A stretch of DNA of 64,000 nucleotides from Anaeromyxobacter sp. (lineage in GTDB: Bacteria > Myxococcota > Myxococcia > Myxococcales > Anaeromyxobacteraceae), in contig JASGJN010000023.1 in assembly GCA_049840735.1 (NCBI GenBank), positions 128,001 through 192,000 on the forward strand. Direction: 5' to 3'. This document shows positions 21,969-34,062 of the stretch, piece after piece. The position numbers were made by a program, and so were the translations under genes. The notes below the pieces were generated by a model. That model saw nothing but the letters and a program-made list of their open reading frames with translations. It was not told the DNA's origin and searched no databases. Within the stretch, counting starts at the first letter, position 1. Each line of letters opens with the position of its first letter.

Positions 21969-23966
21969 GAACGACCCGCCTGCTCGCCCTCCTCGCCCTG
22001 CTCGCCCCGGCCCTCGCGGCGCGGGCCGAGGTGAGCGAGGTCCGCCTGATGCCCCCCAGCGGCGCGCGCTTCCTCCCCGGCCAGCGCTTCGACGTCCGCG
22101 TCGAGGGCAGGAGCCTCTCCTCGTCGCCGGCCTACGCCGCCAGCCTCACCGTCGACGGGCGCCCCGTCGCCTTCACCTCCGCGGCCGATCCCGTGACCAC
22201 CGACGGGATCACGGCCAAGGGCTACGGCGGGTTCGACGTCCGCGCCTTCACCCTCCGCCGCCCGGGCAAGCACGTCCTCAGCGCCACCTTCACCGACGGC
22301 GCCGGCGCGCCCGTCACCGTGACCTCGGAGATCGAGGTGGTGCGCATCGGCAGCGGCCAGGGCGTGAAGAACGTGATCATCTTCCTCGGCGACGGCATGG
22401 GCGCCGCGCACCGCACCGCGGCGCGCATCGTGAGCAAGGGCGTGACCGCCGGCGATCCGGACGGCTGGCTCCACATGGACGGCATGCCCGGGACCGGGCT
22501 GGTCTCCACCTCCTCGCTCAACAGCATCGTCACCGACTCCGCCCCGGGCATGGCCTGCTACAGCACCGGCAACCACGCCCAGAATGGCCAGGAGGGCGTC
22601 TTCCCGGCCCAGGTGACCAGCCCGTTCCTAGCGCCGCGGGTGGAGTACCTGGGCGCCTACCTGCACCGGACCCAGGGCAAGGCGCTGGGCATCGTCTCCA
22701 CGGCCGACCTCGAGGACGCCACGCCGGCCGCCAACGCCGTCTACACCGCCAACCGCGGCGCCGGGACCGGCATCGTGGACCAGTACCTGGACGAGTCCGA
22801 CGCGGGCGACAGCGGCCAGTTCGGCAGCGGCCTGCGCGTGCTCCTGGGCGGCGGCCGCCGCTGGTTCGTCCCCTCGAACGCGGCCAACCCGTACTCCTCG
22901 CGCGCCACCGGCTCCGACTACGGCCCGCTCCCCGCCGACCTCGTGGCCGGGTGGGGCCTCCCGGCCGCCGCCGCCGGCAAGGTGGACGTGGAGCGCGACC
23001 TGGTGGGCGACTTCCAGGCCGCCGGCTTCACCTACGCGGCCGACAAGGCCGGGCTCGACGCCGCGCTGGCCGGCCGGCCGCGCCGGCTGCTGGGGCTCTT
23101 CGCCTGGGGCAACATGAACGTGGCCCTGGACAAGATCGACGCCCGCCGCGCCCGCGCCGGGGTGGCCGGCGCCAGCGACCAGGTGGTGCAGGACCACCAG
23201 GCGCCGGATCAGCCCATGCTCGACGAGCTGACCAGCGCCGCCCTGACCGTGCTGGACCGCAGCCGCCGCGGCTTCGTGCTGATGGTGGAGGGCGCGCACA
23301 TCGACAAGCAGTCGCACAACATGGACGCGGAGCGGGCCATCGGCGACGTGATCGAGCTCGACCGGGCCATCGGCGTCGGCCTGGAGTACGCGAGGCGCGA
23401 GGGGAACACGCTGGTGCTGGTGACGGCGGACCACGAGTGCTCCGGCTTCTCGCTCATCGGCGCGCTCTCCGGCCAGTCGGTGGCGCAGCTCCGCGGCCTG
23501 CCCTCCGACGCCGCGGCGCTCGATCCCGCCGTGGCTCCGCTGCGGCAGGCGGCGGTGGGGACCTACGACAGCGCCAGGTTCCCGCGCTACAGCGCGCAGG
23601 GCGACGGCTACCCCGCCTCCTACGACGTCGACGGCAAGCTGCTGGTCGGCTTCGGCGCCGGCGGCGACCGGTTCGAGAGCTGGCTGACGCCCGGCAGGCC
23701 CAGCCGCGAGAGCCTGACGCCCTCGAGGCTCGCCTCCGAGCTCGGCGCGAAGGGCTACGCGAGCAGCCCGGTGGCGCGCGCGGACAAGGCCGGCGGGTTC
23801 TTCATCCGCGGCCAGGCCGTGGGGCGGGAGCAGGCGGTCCACACCGCCACCGACGTGCCGCTCTCCGCCTACGCGAGGAACCCGTTCGCCTGGCTTCCCT
23901 TCGTCGGCGTGCAGCGCAACACCGACGTCTTCTTCAAGAATCGCGCAGGTGGTCGGGGACGATTAG
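21965..23966 (+). CDS. phoA: Alkaline phosphatase with an N-terminal Ig-like extension; apparent +1 insertion at 23938
   Basis: GDGMG, TDSA, DATPA, VEGAHIDKQSH, TADHE, HTATDV; removing one A gives KIAQVVGDD-stop. Confidence 0.85.
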
Positions 23967-24168
23967 CCGGCTGCGCCACGGGCTGCGCCCCGCCCCGCCC
24001 CGCGGTGGCGGGGCGCACCTGCTTCAGCGCCGGTAGGTGCATGCAGTCGCGGCGGCGCGGATGTGCGACGCGGCCGCCGCGATATCCCTGCCAGCAGCGA
24101 CTTTCCAGCGGTCCCCCGCTCCCGGCAGCCGACCGACCAAGGGTAGACTCGGCGGGCGAGGGTAGACC

Positions 24169-27100
24169 GTGGCTCGTCCAGCGAAGGGCAAGACCCCGAG
24201 GTCCAGGACCGCGGGCGCGAAGGCTTCCGGCTCCGATCGGCGGCGGGCGATCCGCTTCGCGGTCTGGCTGCGCGTGGACTACGCCGCCGAGGGCCGGCGG
24301 ACCTTCAACTACTCGTCCAACCTGAGCCCGGTGGGCGTCCACCTGCGCGGCGCCACCCGCCTCGAGCTGGGCCAGGAGCTGCCCATCGAGCTGCGCCTCA
24401 AGACCGAGAAGGAGCCGGTGCAGCTGCAGGCCGTGGTGCGCCACGTGGTGGGCGGCGCCCAGGCCGGCGCCGGGCTGGAGTTCCTGCCCGGCCAGCCCGA
24501 GGCCATCGCCGCGGTCCGCCGCTTCCTGCAGGAGGAGGTGGTCGCGAAGCTGGAGGTGGGCCTCTCGCGCTCGCTGGCCAACGCGGCCAACGTCGAGCTG
24601 CTGGGCGCCTACTACGTCGAGACCGGGCGGGGCGACGAGGCGGTGGAGCTGTACCGGGGCGGCCTCGAGGCCACCCCCACCGCGCTGCCGCTGTACGAGG
24701 GGCTGTGCCGGCTGCTGGCGGTCCAGGCCCGGGGCGGCGGGGCGGGCGCCGCCGCGCTGGAGGAGCTGGAGGCGCGGCTGGCCCAGGGCGCCGAGGCGGG
24801 CGAGAGCCCGGTGCTGGAGGACCTGCAGCGCCAGGCGGCCGACCTGCGCCGCACGCAGGAGCGGCGCCGGCGCGAGGAGGCGCAGCGCGAGGCCGAGCAG
24901 CGCAAGCGGGAGGAGAAGGAGAAGGAGGACAAGCTCCGCGCCGCGCTGGCGAAGGAGGCGCAGGCCCAGCTGGAGAAGGAGCTGGCCGCCCGCCGGCGCG
25001 AGCAGGACAAGGAGCTGGAGGCCCGGGCCAGGGAGGCGGAGAAGGAGCTGGCCGAGGAGCGCCGCGGGCTCAAGGCCGAGCGGGCCGCGCTGGCCACCCT
25101 GGGCGAGGGGCTGAAGGAGCAGGAGGAGAAGCTCGGGCGCCAGGGCCAGAAGCTGGGGCAGCGCGCCGCCAAGCTGGACGAGGAGCGGCAGGCGCTGCTG
25201 GCCGACGTGGAGGCCCAGCGGGCGGTGCTGCGCGAGAAGGAGAAGGCGGTGGCCGGCCGCCTGGCCGGGATCGCCGGCGAGGAGGAGGCCGCGGCCGAGC
25301 GGGTCAAGGCGCGGCAGCGCGAGCTGGCGGCGGAGGAGAAGGAGCTGGCGCGCCAGCAGGCGGCGCTGGGCGAGGCCGAGAGGCTGGTGGCGGCGCTGGA
25401 GAAGGCCCGCGGGGACGCGGCGCAGCTCCGCCGCGAGCTGAAGGACTCCGCGACCGAGCGCGAGCAGCGCGAGGCGGCGCTGCGGGCGCAGGAGAAGGCG
25501 GCGGCGCAGGCGGCGCGGGCGCTGGAGGAGGCGCAGTCGGCCCGGGCGGCGCTCGAGGCCAGGCTGGAGAAGCTGCGCGAGGACCTGCAGGCCATCCGGC
25601 GCGAGGCGGCGCGCGCGGCGGAGCGCCAGGCGGAGCTGGAGCGCGAGGGCGCGGCGCTGCGGGCCGAGCTGGAGCGGCGCGAGGCGCGCGACGCGGAGGC
25701 GGCCGCGGCCGCCGCCGCCGTGGAGGCGACGCGCGAGCAGCTGGTGACGCAGGGCGAGCGGCTGGCCGAGCTGGCGCGGGCGGTGGACGCGGAGCGGGCC
25801 ACCTTCGCCGCGCAGCGCGAGGAGCTGGCGCGGCTGCGGTCGGCGCTGGACGGCGACGGCGAGCGGCTGGCGGGCGACCGCCGGGAGCTCGAGGCCGGAC
25901 GCGAGGCGCTGGCGCGGCTCCGCGCCGAGGTGGAGGCCGGGGCGACCCGCCTGGCGGAGGCGGAGCAGCGCCACGCCGGGGAGCACGCCGCCCTGGAGGA
26001 GGCGCGGCTGGGGCTGGAGACGGCGCAGGCCGAGCTGCAGGGCCGGGCCGAGGTCCAGGCCGAGGCGCGCCAGGCGCTGTTCGACGGCGAGCTGCGGCTC
26101 GCCGACGCCCGGGCGGCGCTGGCGGCCGGCGAGCAGCGGCTGGGCGAGGAGCGCGCGGCCCTGGAGGCGGCGCGGGCCGAGCTGGACGGCGCGCGCGCGG
26201 CGCTGGAGGCGCAGGCGCGGGGCGCGGCGGAGGCGCGCGAGGCGCTGGTCGCGGAGCGGGCCGCGCTCGACGCTGCGCGGGCCGGGCTGGACGGGACGCG
26301 CGAGGACCTGGAGGCCCGGCGCGCCGGGCTGGACGCGGCGCGCGGCGAGCTGGAGGCGCGCGGCCAGGCGCTGGCGGACGCCGAGGGGGCGCAGCGCGAG
26401 GCCGCCGGGCAGCTGGCGCGCGAGCGCGAGGAGCTGCAGGCGGCGCAGGCGCGGCTGGAGGCCGCGCGGGCCGAGCTGGAGGCGCGCGCGCAGGGCGTGG
26501 CCGGCACCGAGCGGTCGCTGGCCCAGGAGCAGGAGGCGCTGGCGTCGGCGCGGCAGGAGATCGAGGCGCTGCGCGGCGAGGTGGCCGACGGCGAGCGCAC
26601 CCTGGCCGCCGAGCACGAGGCGCTGGCCTCGGCGCGGGCGGAGATCGAGGGGCTGCGGCGGGACGTGGCCGCGGCCGAGCGGAGCCTGGCCGACGAGCGC
26701 AAGGCGCTGGCCATCGCGCAGGTGGAGCTGGAGGCGCGCGCGCAGGGGCTGGGCGGCACCGAGCGGAGCCTGGCCGAGGAGCGCCACGCGCTGGCGCTGG
26801 GACGCGCCGAGCAGGAGTCGCGCGAGGGGACCATCCGGGCCACCGCGCAGGCGCTGGCGGAGGAGCGGGGCGCGCTGGAGGCGGCCCGGGCCGAGCTGGA
26901 GGGCCACCGGCAGGCGGCGGCCGCGGCGGCCTGGCAGCTGGCCGACGAGCGCGAGGTCCTGGCCGGGCAGCGGACCGCGCTCGAGGCCCGGGCCGAGGCG
27001 GTGGCCGAGGCGGAGCGGGCGCTGGCCGGCGAGCGCGAGGCGCTCGAGGCGGAGCGGTCCACCACCGCCGAGGCCCAGCGCGCCGCGGCCGACGCGCAGG

Positions 27101-28671
27101 GGCAGGCCGCGGCCGAGGCGGAGCGCCGGCTGGCGGAGGACCGCGCGCTGCTGGAGGCGGACCGGATCGCCGCGGCCGAGGCGCGCGCGGCGGTGGAGCG
27201 GGAGCGGGCCGCCCTGGCGCAGGAGCGCGAGGCGATGGCGGCCGAGCGCGACGCGGTGCGAGGCGAGCTGGACGCCCAGGCCGCGGCGCTGGCCGAGGCG
27301 GAGCGCCAGGCCGGCGAGGCCGGGCGCCGGGCCGCGGAGGAGCGGCAGGCGCTGGAGGCCGCGCGCGCCGAGGGCGAGGTGCGCGCCGCCGGGCTGACCG
27401 GCGCAGAGCGGAGCCTCACCCAGGAGCGCGACGCGCTGGCGGCGGTCCGCGCCGCGCTCGACGCGCGCGCCGGCGAGCTCTCCGCGGCGGCGCAGGCCGC
27501 GGCGGCGGATCGCGAGGCGACCGCGACCGCGCGGGCGGAGGCCGAGGGCCGGGCCCAGGCGCTGGCCGCGGCCGAGAAGAGCCTGGTGGACGAGCGGGCG
27601 GCGCTGGCGGCCGGGTACGTGCAGCTGGAGACGCGGACCCAGGCGCTGGCGGCGGTCGAGAGCAGCCTGGACGAGGAGCGGGCGGCGCTGCAGCAGGCCC
27701 GCGCCGAGCTGGACGCGCAGCGGCACGAGGCGGCCGAGGCCCAGCGGCAGCTGGCGGAGGCCCGGGCGGCGCTGGACGCGGCCCGGGCCGCGCTGGAGGG
27801 TGAGCAGCGCGAGGGCGCGAGCGCCAGCCGGGCGCTGGCGGACGAGCGCGGCGCGCTGGCCCGCGACCGCGCCGAGCTGGAGGCCCGGGTGCAGGCGCTG
27901 GCCGCCGCGGAGCGCGGCGTGGCCGAGGCGGGCGAGCGGCTGGCGCGGGAGCGCGCCGCGCACGAGTCGCGCGCGGCCGACACCACCGCCATGGAGCAGC
28001 TCCTGGCCGAGGAGCGCGAGCTCCTGACCAGCGCGCGGGCCGAGCTGGACGCGCGGACGACCGGGCTGGCCGCCTCCGAGCAGGCGCTGGCCGAGGCGCA
28101 GCAGGCGCTGGAGGCGCGCCGGGCCGGGCTGGAGGCGGCCCGCGCTGCGCCGGCGGTGCTGGCCGCGGTGGCGCAGGCCGTGGAGGCGGGCGCTGAGGGC
28201 GAGGTGGCGGCGGCGCCGGAGCCGGAGCCGCAGCCCAAGCCGGAGCAGCCTGCCGCCGCCGAGGCGGCGCCGGCCGCACAGGCCGAGGTCGCCGCGGCGC
28301 CGCAGCCCGAGCCCGAGCGGCCGGTGGTCGCCGAGGTGGCGCCCGCCGTCGAGCCGAAGCCCGAGCCGGCCGCGCCGGCCGAGGCAGCGGTGGTCGCGCC
28401 GGAGTCCGAGGAGGACGAGGCCATCGTCACCGCCGCGGACTTCGACTCCGTCGAGGACGACGCCGCCGACGAGGAGGAGGCAATCGTCTCGACCGCCGAC
28501 TTCGAGGTGGAGGACGAGTCCACCGAGGAGGAGGAGGCGGTGGTGGCCTTCGACTCGATCGAGGAGGAACCCGCCGGCGGGCTGGCCGGCGCGGAGGCGC
28601 CGACCGCGGCGCTGCTCGAGGGCAGCGAGGTGGCCGGATCGGCCGCGCAGGGCACGCGCCCGCCGGTCTAG
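24169..28671 (+). CDS. 1500 aa PilZ + TPR-like + long coiled-coil protein with a Pro/Ala and acidic tail
   Basis: RRRAIR (RxxxR) and NLSPVG PilZ motifs; TPR-like helices; about 1100 aa of heptads; EEEAIV-DF repeats. Confidence 0.8.
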   Translation: MARPAKGKTPRSRTAGAKASGSDRRRAIRFAVWLRVDYAAEGRRTFNYSSNLSPVGVHLRGATRLELGQELPIELRLKTEKEPVQLQAVVRHVVGGAQAGAGLEFLPGQPEAIAAVRRFLQEEVVAKLEVGLSRSLANAANVELLGAYYVETGRGDEAVELYRGGLEATPTALPLYEGLCRLLAVQARGGGAGAAALEELEARLAQGAEAGESPVLEDLQRQAADLRRTQERRRREEAQREAEQRKREEKEKEDKLRAALAKEAQAQLEKELAARRREQDKELEARAREAEKELAEERRGLKAERAALATLGEGLKEQEEKLGRQGQKLGQRAAKLDEERQALLADVEAQRAVLREKEKAVAGRLAGIAGEEEAAAERVKARQRELAAEEKELARQQAALGEAERLVAALEKARGDAAQLRRELKDSATEREQREAALRAQEKAAAQAARALEEAQSARAALEARLEKLREDLQAIRREAARAAERQAELEREGAALRAELERREARDAEAAAAAAAVEATREQLVTQGERLAELARAVDAERATFAAQREELARLRSALDGDGERLAGDRRELEAGREALARLRAEVEAGATRLAEAEQRHAGEHAALEEARLGLETAQAELQGRAEVQAEARQALFDGELRLADARAALAAGEQRLGEERAALEAARAELDGARAALEAQARGAAEAREALVAERAALDAARAGLDGTREDLEARRAGLDAARGELEARGQALADAEGAQREAAGQLAREREELQAAQARLEAARAELEARAQGVAGTERSLAQEQEALASARQEIEALRGEVADGERTLAAEHEALASARAEIEGLRRDVAAAERSLADERKALAIAQVELEARAQGLGGTERSLAEERHALALGRAEQESREGTIRATAQALAEERGALEAARAELEGHRQAAAAAAWQLADEREVLAGQRTALEARAEAVAEAERALAGEREALEAERSTTAEAQRAAADAQGQAAAEAERRLAEDRALLEADRIAAAEARAAVERERAALAQEREAMAAERDAVRGELDAQAAALAEAERQAGEAGRRAAEERQALEAARAEGEVRAAGLTGAERSLTQERDALAAVRAALDARAGELSAAAQAAAADREATATARAEAEGRAQALAAAEKSLVDERAALAAGYVQLETRTQALAAVESSLDEERAALQQARAELDAQRHEAAEAQRQLAEARAALDAARAALEGEQREGASASRALADERGALARDRAELEARVQALAAAERGVAEAGERLARERAAHESRAADTTAMEQLLAEERELLTSARAELDARTTGLAASEQALAEAQQALEARRAGLEAARAAPAVLAAVAQAVEAGAEGEVAAAPEPEPQPKPEQPAAAEAAPAAQAEVAAAPQPEPERPVVAEVAPAVEPKPEPAAPAEAAVVAPESEEDEAIVTAADFDSVEDDAADEEEAIVSTADFEVEDESTEEEEAVVAFDSIEEEPAGGLAGAEAPTAALLEGSEVAGSAAQGTRPPV

Positions 28672-29201
28672 CTCGGCGGCGCCGCTCCGGGCGGGCCCTG
28701 CGCCGGAAGCAGGACGTCGTCCTGGTGAGCCGCGGCGCGGCGCGCCGCTGACACCTTTGGTGAAGAGGGGCGGTGGAGGGCTGCGCGGGCGCGGTCCGGC
28801 GCACGCGAATGGGCGGGCGCGGAGGTCGCACCGCCTCCATGAGAGGGCTCTCAGGGTTGGGTCGCTTGCCCCAGCGCGTGGTGCGATCGCCTTCGACTTT
28901 GCGTGGAATCGCAGCCCGGACCGACAGCAACCGCGCGTCCGTGTTGGCCGGCAACCCCGCACAGGCACGGCAAGAACCGGTCCGGGTCGGCCTCCGCAGG
29001 CGCCCCTGCGCCTCGCTCCGAACCCGCGGTGGGTAAAAAGTAAGAGCACCGGACCAATTGCGCCCGGTCACGGCGTGGTCTGCGCTCCCGCGCGCATCAT
29101 GCGACCCGCAAGGACGCGCCGATCCTCGACGGCGCGCGCCCGGGGGAGCGGGAGGGGCCCGCACTCCAGAGTCACAGGCAGGGTCGAGGGAGGGCAGTCC
29201 A

Positions 29202-31931
29202 ATGACATCTTCGCGTTCACTGTCGCTTCTCGCTGCGCTCGCCGCGTGCGTGCTGGCCGGCTGCTCCGGCTCTGACGGCGCGATCGGCCCGACCGGCCCG
29301 ACCGGTCCCACCGGTCCGTCCGGCAACGACGCCTCCGCGTACGGCACGCTGGTCGGCACCGTCACCGACACGTTCGGCAACGACGTGGCCGGCGCGACCG
29401 TCTCGTACCTGGTCGGGACCGACAAGGTCTCCGCCACCACCGACGCCAACGGCGCCTACTCCATCGACCTGGCGCCCGGCTCGCGCACCCTGACCTGGGC
29501 CGCCACCGGCTACGCCGCCTACGCGCAGGCCGTCGAGGCCGCGCCGACCCAGACCGTCACACTCGACGTGCGGCTCAACCCGGCCAACGGCGCGCGCGCG
29601 GTGGTGATCGCCGCCCGCACCGACACCACCTCGCCGGTGGTCCCGGGCACGACCGTGACCCTGAACGCGAACCTGGTCGCCTTCGACCCGGACCTGCAGG
29701 ACCAGGCCGTCACCTACCAGTGGACCGTGCTCTCCGGCCCGCCCGTCACCTTCAACGACGCCACCGCCAAGTCCCCGACGGCCACGCTGGCCGACCGGGC
29801 CTCCTTCAAGAACCGCGCGGTCGAGCTGGCGGTCCCGCACCTGAAGCTCTCGCCGGACGAGCCGGCCCTGAACCAGGACCGCTACCAGGTGGTGCCCTTC
29901 TCCTACGAGCAGGCGCTCACCTTCGCCCCGCTGACCAAGTTCAAGGTCGTGGCCACCGTCGGCGGCAAGTCCTTCAGCAGCACGGTCAGCGTCAACGTCA
30001 CCGGCATCCCGGTGGTCCCGACCACCGGCCTCGCCAACGTGCCCATCAACGCCCCGGTGGTGCTGCAGGGGCAGTTCCCGTTCAAGACCGACGAGGGCGA
30101 GTACGTGTGGCCGCTCCGCACCGACTACGCCTGGACCGTCACCGGCCCGGGCGGCGAGGTGACCCTGAACGACCCGAACGGCCCGTTCCCCGACTTCACC
30201 CCGGCGACCGCGGGTGACTACGTCGTCTCCGAGGGCGGCAGCGTGGTCCTGACCGTCCACGCCGGCACCTACGACGGCATCATGGCCGGCCCGGGCGCGG
30301 TGGTGAGCACCTGCGGCGCCTGCCACAGCGGCGTCAGCGTGCCCAACCCGTTCCCGGAGTGGCTCGAGACCGGGCACAAGGAGGTCATGTTCGCCGGCAT
30401 CATGGAGCCGCTGCCGGACGGCCACTACGCCAAGACCTGCACGCCCTGCCACACGGTCGGCAACGGCCGGACCGGCTCGGGCGGCTTCGCCGACGCGATG
30501 GCCTCGGAGAACCCGGACTTCGCCTCGCTGCAGGGTGACCTGAACGCCGAGGAGCACTTCTTCGCCCGCTACCCGGCCTCCGGCCGCCTGGCCGGCGTCC
30601 AGTGCGAGAACTGCCACGGCCCGCAGATGGGCAACGAGGAGCACGCGAACGGCAACATCTGGACCGACGCCGAGACCTCGCGCATCACCTACTCCGCGAG
30701 CGTGTGCGCCACCTGCCACGCCCGCGCGCCGAAGCACGGCCGCTACACGCAGTGGATCACCAGCTCGCACGCCAACAAGGCCACGGTGACGTTCAACTCC
30801 AACGAGGAGACGGGCGCGCTGTCCAACTCCTGCGCCTGCTGCCACAGCGCCCAGGGCTTCGCCGGCTACCGGTCCATCCTGCCCACCGCGAACGGCGACC
30901 GCTCGCTGACCCCGCTGCCGGCCGGGCTGAACATCTACAACGCGCAGCCCATCACCTGCCAGACCTGCCACAACTCGCACCACGAGGGTGACCTGTCGGT
31001 CGCCGAGTCCGAGAACCTGGCCACCGTCGGCCCGACCGAGGGCGCCACCTACATGCTGCCGTCCGGCTTCGCCGCCACCGGCGTGGGCAAGGGCGCGCTC
31101 TGCATCGCCTGCCACAACTCGCGCCAGGGCATCAACGGCGGCAAGCCCTACCTGCACGAGGACGGCGACGTGAAGTTCGGCACGCTGGCCAGCTACGGCG
31201 CGCCGCACGAGGCCGCGCAGGGCGACGTGCTGATGGGCCGCAACGCCTACTGGCTCGGCGCCGCGACCTACAACAGCCCGGCCACCCGCTCGAAGCACTC
31301 GTACATCACCGACACCTGCGTGACCTGCCACATGGAGCTGACGACGCTCGACCTCTCCGTCGCCGAGGAGGGCCAGACCCGTCACGACTTCAAGGCCACG
31401 CCGGACGTCTGCAACAAGTGCCACGGCGAGTACTCCACCGAGTCCGTGCAGGCGGCCTTCGCGCCGCGGCTGGCGCAGGTCAAGGCGGCCGTGGGCCAGG
31501 CCATCCTCCGCCTGAAGTACAACGACGCCATCCCGGCCGGCACCACCGCCGTCCTGGTGGCCAACCGCCAGGGCCAGGTGGACGTGACCGACGCCACCGG
31601 CACGCACCGCTGGTTCCTCAGCAACCGCGCCAACAACGACGCGTTCCTGGTGGACCCGAACACCGGTGAGCTGGTCTCCGGCTGCGTCGGCACCGAGACG
31701 CTGGCCACCTGCACCGGCTTCCTGGCCGGCGCGCCCGGCGTGGCCGCCATCGGCAGCAGCGCCACCCAGGACGCCACCGTGTCCGCCACGGGCGTGAACG
31801 GCGTGGTCGCCAAGGCGCTCTGGAACACCGTGCTGGTGCAGGACGACGCGTCGAAGGGCGTCCACAACCCGTCCTTCTCGTTCGAGGTGATGGACCAGAC
31901 CCTGGTCCACATCGCCAGCTTCACGAAGTAG
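29202..31931 (+). CDS. Nine-heme c-type cytochrome lipoprotein with a collagen-like linker and Ig/carboxypeptidase-regulatory-like domains
   Basis: Lipobox LAGC, (GPT)n linker; CGACH, CTPCH, CENCH, CATCH, CACCH, CQTCH, CIACH, CVTCH, CNKCH; C-terminal GVHNP. Confidence 0.88.
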   Translation: MTSSRSLSLLAALAACVLAGCSGSDGAIGPTGPTGPTGPSGNDASAYGTLVGTVTDTFGNDVAGATVSYLVGTDKVSATTDANGAYSIDLAPGSRTLTWAATGYAAYAQAVEAAPTQTVTLDVRLNPANGARAVVIAARTDTTSPVVPGTTVTLNANLVAFDPDLQDQAVTYQWTVLSGPPVTFNDATAKSPTATLADRASFKNRAVELAVPHLKLSPDEPALNQDRYQVVPFSYEQALTFAPLTKFKVVATVGGKSFSSTVSVNVTGIPVVPTTGLANVPINAPVVLQGQFPFKTDEGEYVWPLRTDYAWTVTGPGGEVTLNDPNGPFPDFTPATAGDYVVSEGGSVVLTVHAGTYDGIMAGPGAVVSTCGACHSGVSVPNPFPEWLETGHKEVMFAGIMEPLPDGHYAKTCTPCHTVGNGRTGSGGFADAMASENPDFASLQGDLNAEEHFFARYPASGRLAGVQCENCHGPQMGNEEHANGNIWTDAETSRITYSASVCATCHARAPKHGRYTQWITSSHANKATVTFNSNEETGALSNSCACCHSAQGFAGYRSILPTANGDRSLTPLPAGLNIYNAQPITCQTCHNSHHEGDLSVAESENLATVGPTEGATYMLPSGFAATGVGKGALCIACHNSRQGINGGKPYLHEDGDVKFGTLASYGAPHEAAQGDVLMGRNAYWLGAATYNSPATRSKHSYITDTCVTCHMELTTLDLSVAEEGQTRHDFKATPDVCNKCHGEYSTESVQAAFAPRLAQVKAAVGQAILRLKYNDAIPAGTTAVLVANRQGQVDVTDATGTHRWFLSNRANNDAFLVDPNTGELVSGCVGTETLATCTGFLAGAPGVAAIGSSATQDATVSATGVNGVVAKALWNTVLVQDDASKGVHNPSFSFEVMDQTLVHIASFTK

Positions 31932-31970
31932 CCCGGTCTGCTCCGCCTCCGGGCGGAGCCCGAGCGGTCG

Positions 31971-32008
31971 GCCGGCGGGTCCTCCGGGGCCCGCCGGCTT
32001 CGTCTTTC
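31971..32008 (+). terminator. Rho-independent terminator after the cytochrome
   Basis: Stem gccggcgggtcc/gggcccgccggc followed by ttcgtcttt. Confidence 0.7.
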
Positions 32009-32176
32009 GCTCGTCGCGCGGCCCGGGCGACGCTGTGGGGCCGGCGCGGTGCGGTGCGGAGCGGTGGCGGCGCTGTGGGTGCCGGGGCGCCGACCCAGCG
32101 AAAAGATCGCCGCGCTTGCACCTGATCAACCCAAGCGGGGCCGTGCCGTGCGAGACTGCTCACGTCTGGTGAACCC

Positions 32177-32465
32177 GTGAAAACCGTCCTCGCCCTGCTC
32201 CCGCTGCTGCTCCTCCCAGGCTGCGATCGCTCCCAGGACCGCGCGCTGGGCGCGTGCAAGTCGGAGATCGCCCGTCACCTGGTCAACCCCGCGAGCGCGG
32301 AGTACAGCGACGTCTCGCTCGAGCCGGTGGCCACCGCCGCGGGCCAGCGCTGGGTGGTGCTGGTGAAGGTCAGCGCCACCACCGGCGCCGGCTCCAGCGA
32401 GACCACGCGCCTGCGCTGCGCGGTGGACGAGACGTTCCAGGTGACCGAATCTCGGGGAGCGCTGA
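32177..32465 (+). CDS. Small lipoprotein with two further Cys; apparent +1 insertion at 32447
   Basis: Lipobox LPGC; the corrected end TDLGER-stop removes the overlap with the convergent gene. Confidence 0.6.
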
Positions 32466-32471
32466 GGGCGC

Positions 32472-33876
<1,405 letters not shown>

Positions 33877-33891
33877 GGCGTCTCAGCCTCC

Positions 33892-33999
33892 TGAAACATC
33901 CCGTTGCGGCATGGTGAAACATTTCGTCGCGTAGCGCAACGTCTCCGGGCTGCAACCGCCTGGGATCACTGACGCCGCTGTCCGGGCACGCGGCACGCA
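33892..33999 (+). promoter_or_regulatory. Candidate enhancer half-sites (TGAAAC x2, GCAAC x2, GTTGC) and sigma54-like promoter GGcacgcggcacGC for the otr operon
   Basis: GG at 33985 and GC at 33997 (N10 spacing) with a weak -12; divergent from a sigma54 activator. Confidence 0.5.
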
Positions 34000-34062
34000 A
34001 AGGAGGTTTGCGAGAAACGCGCCGCTTCACGCGGCGCCCCCGGTGAAAGGGCGGAAGCGCCG

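Noticed and set aside
23869..29049. Very long antisense and alternate-frame ORFs (1726, 1347 and 1032 aa; also 180-2219, 47486-50983 and others)
   Set aside because: Shadow ORFs produced by high GC and repetitive coding on the real strand; no recognisable motifs.
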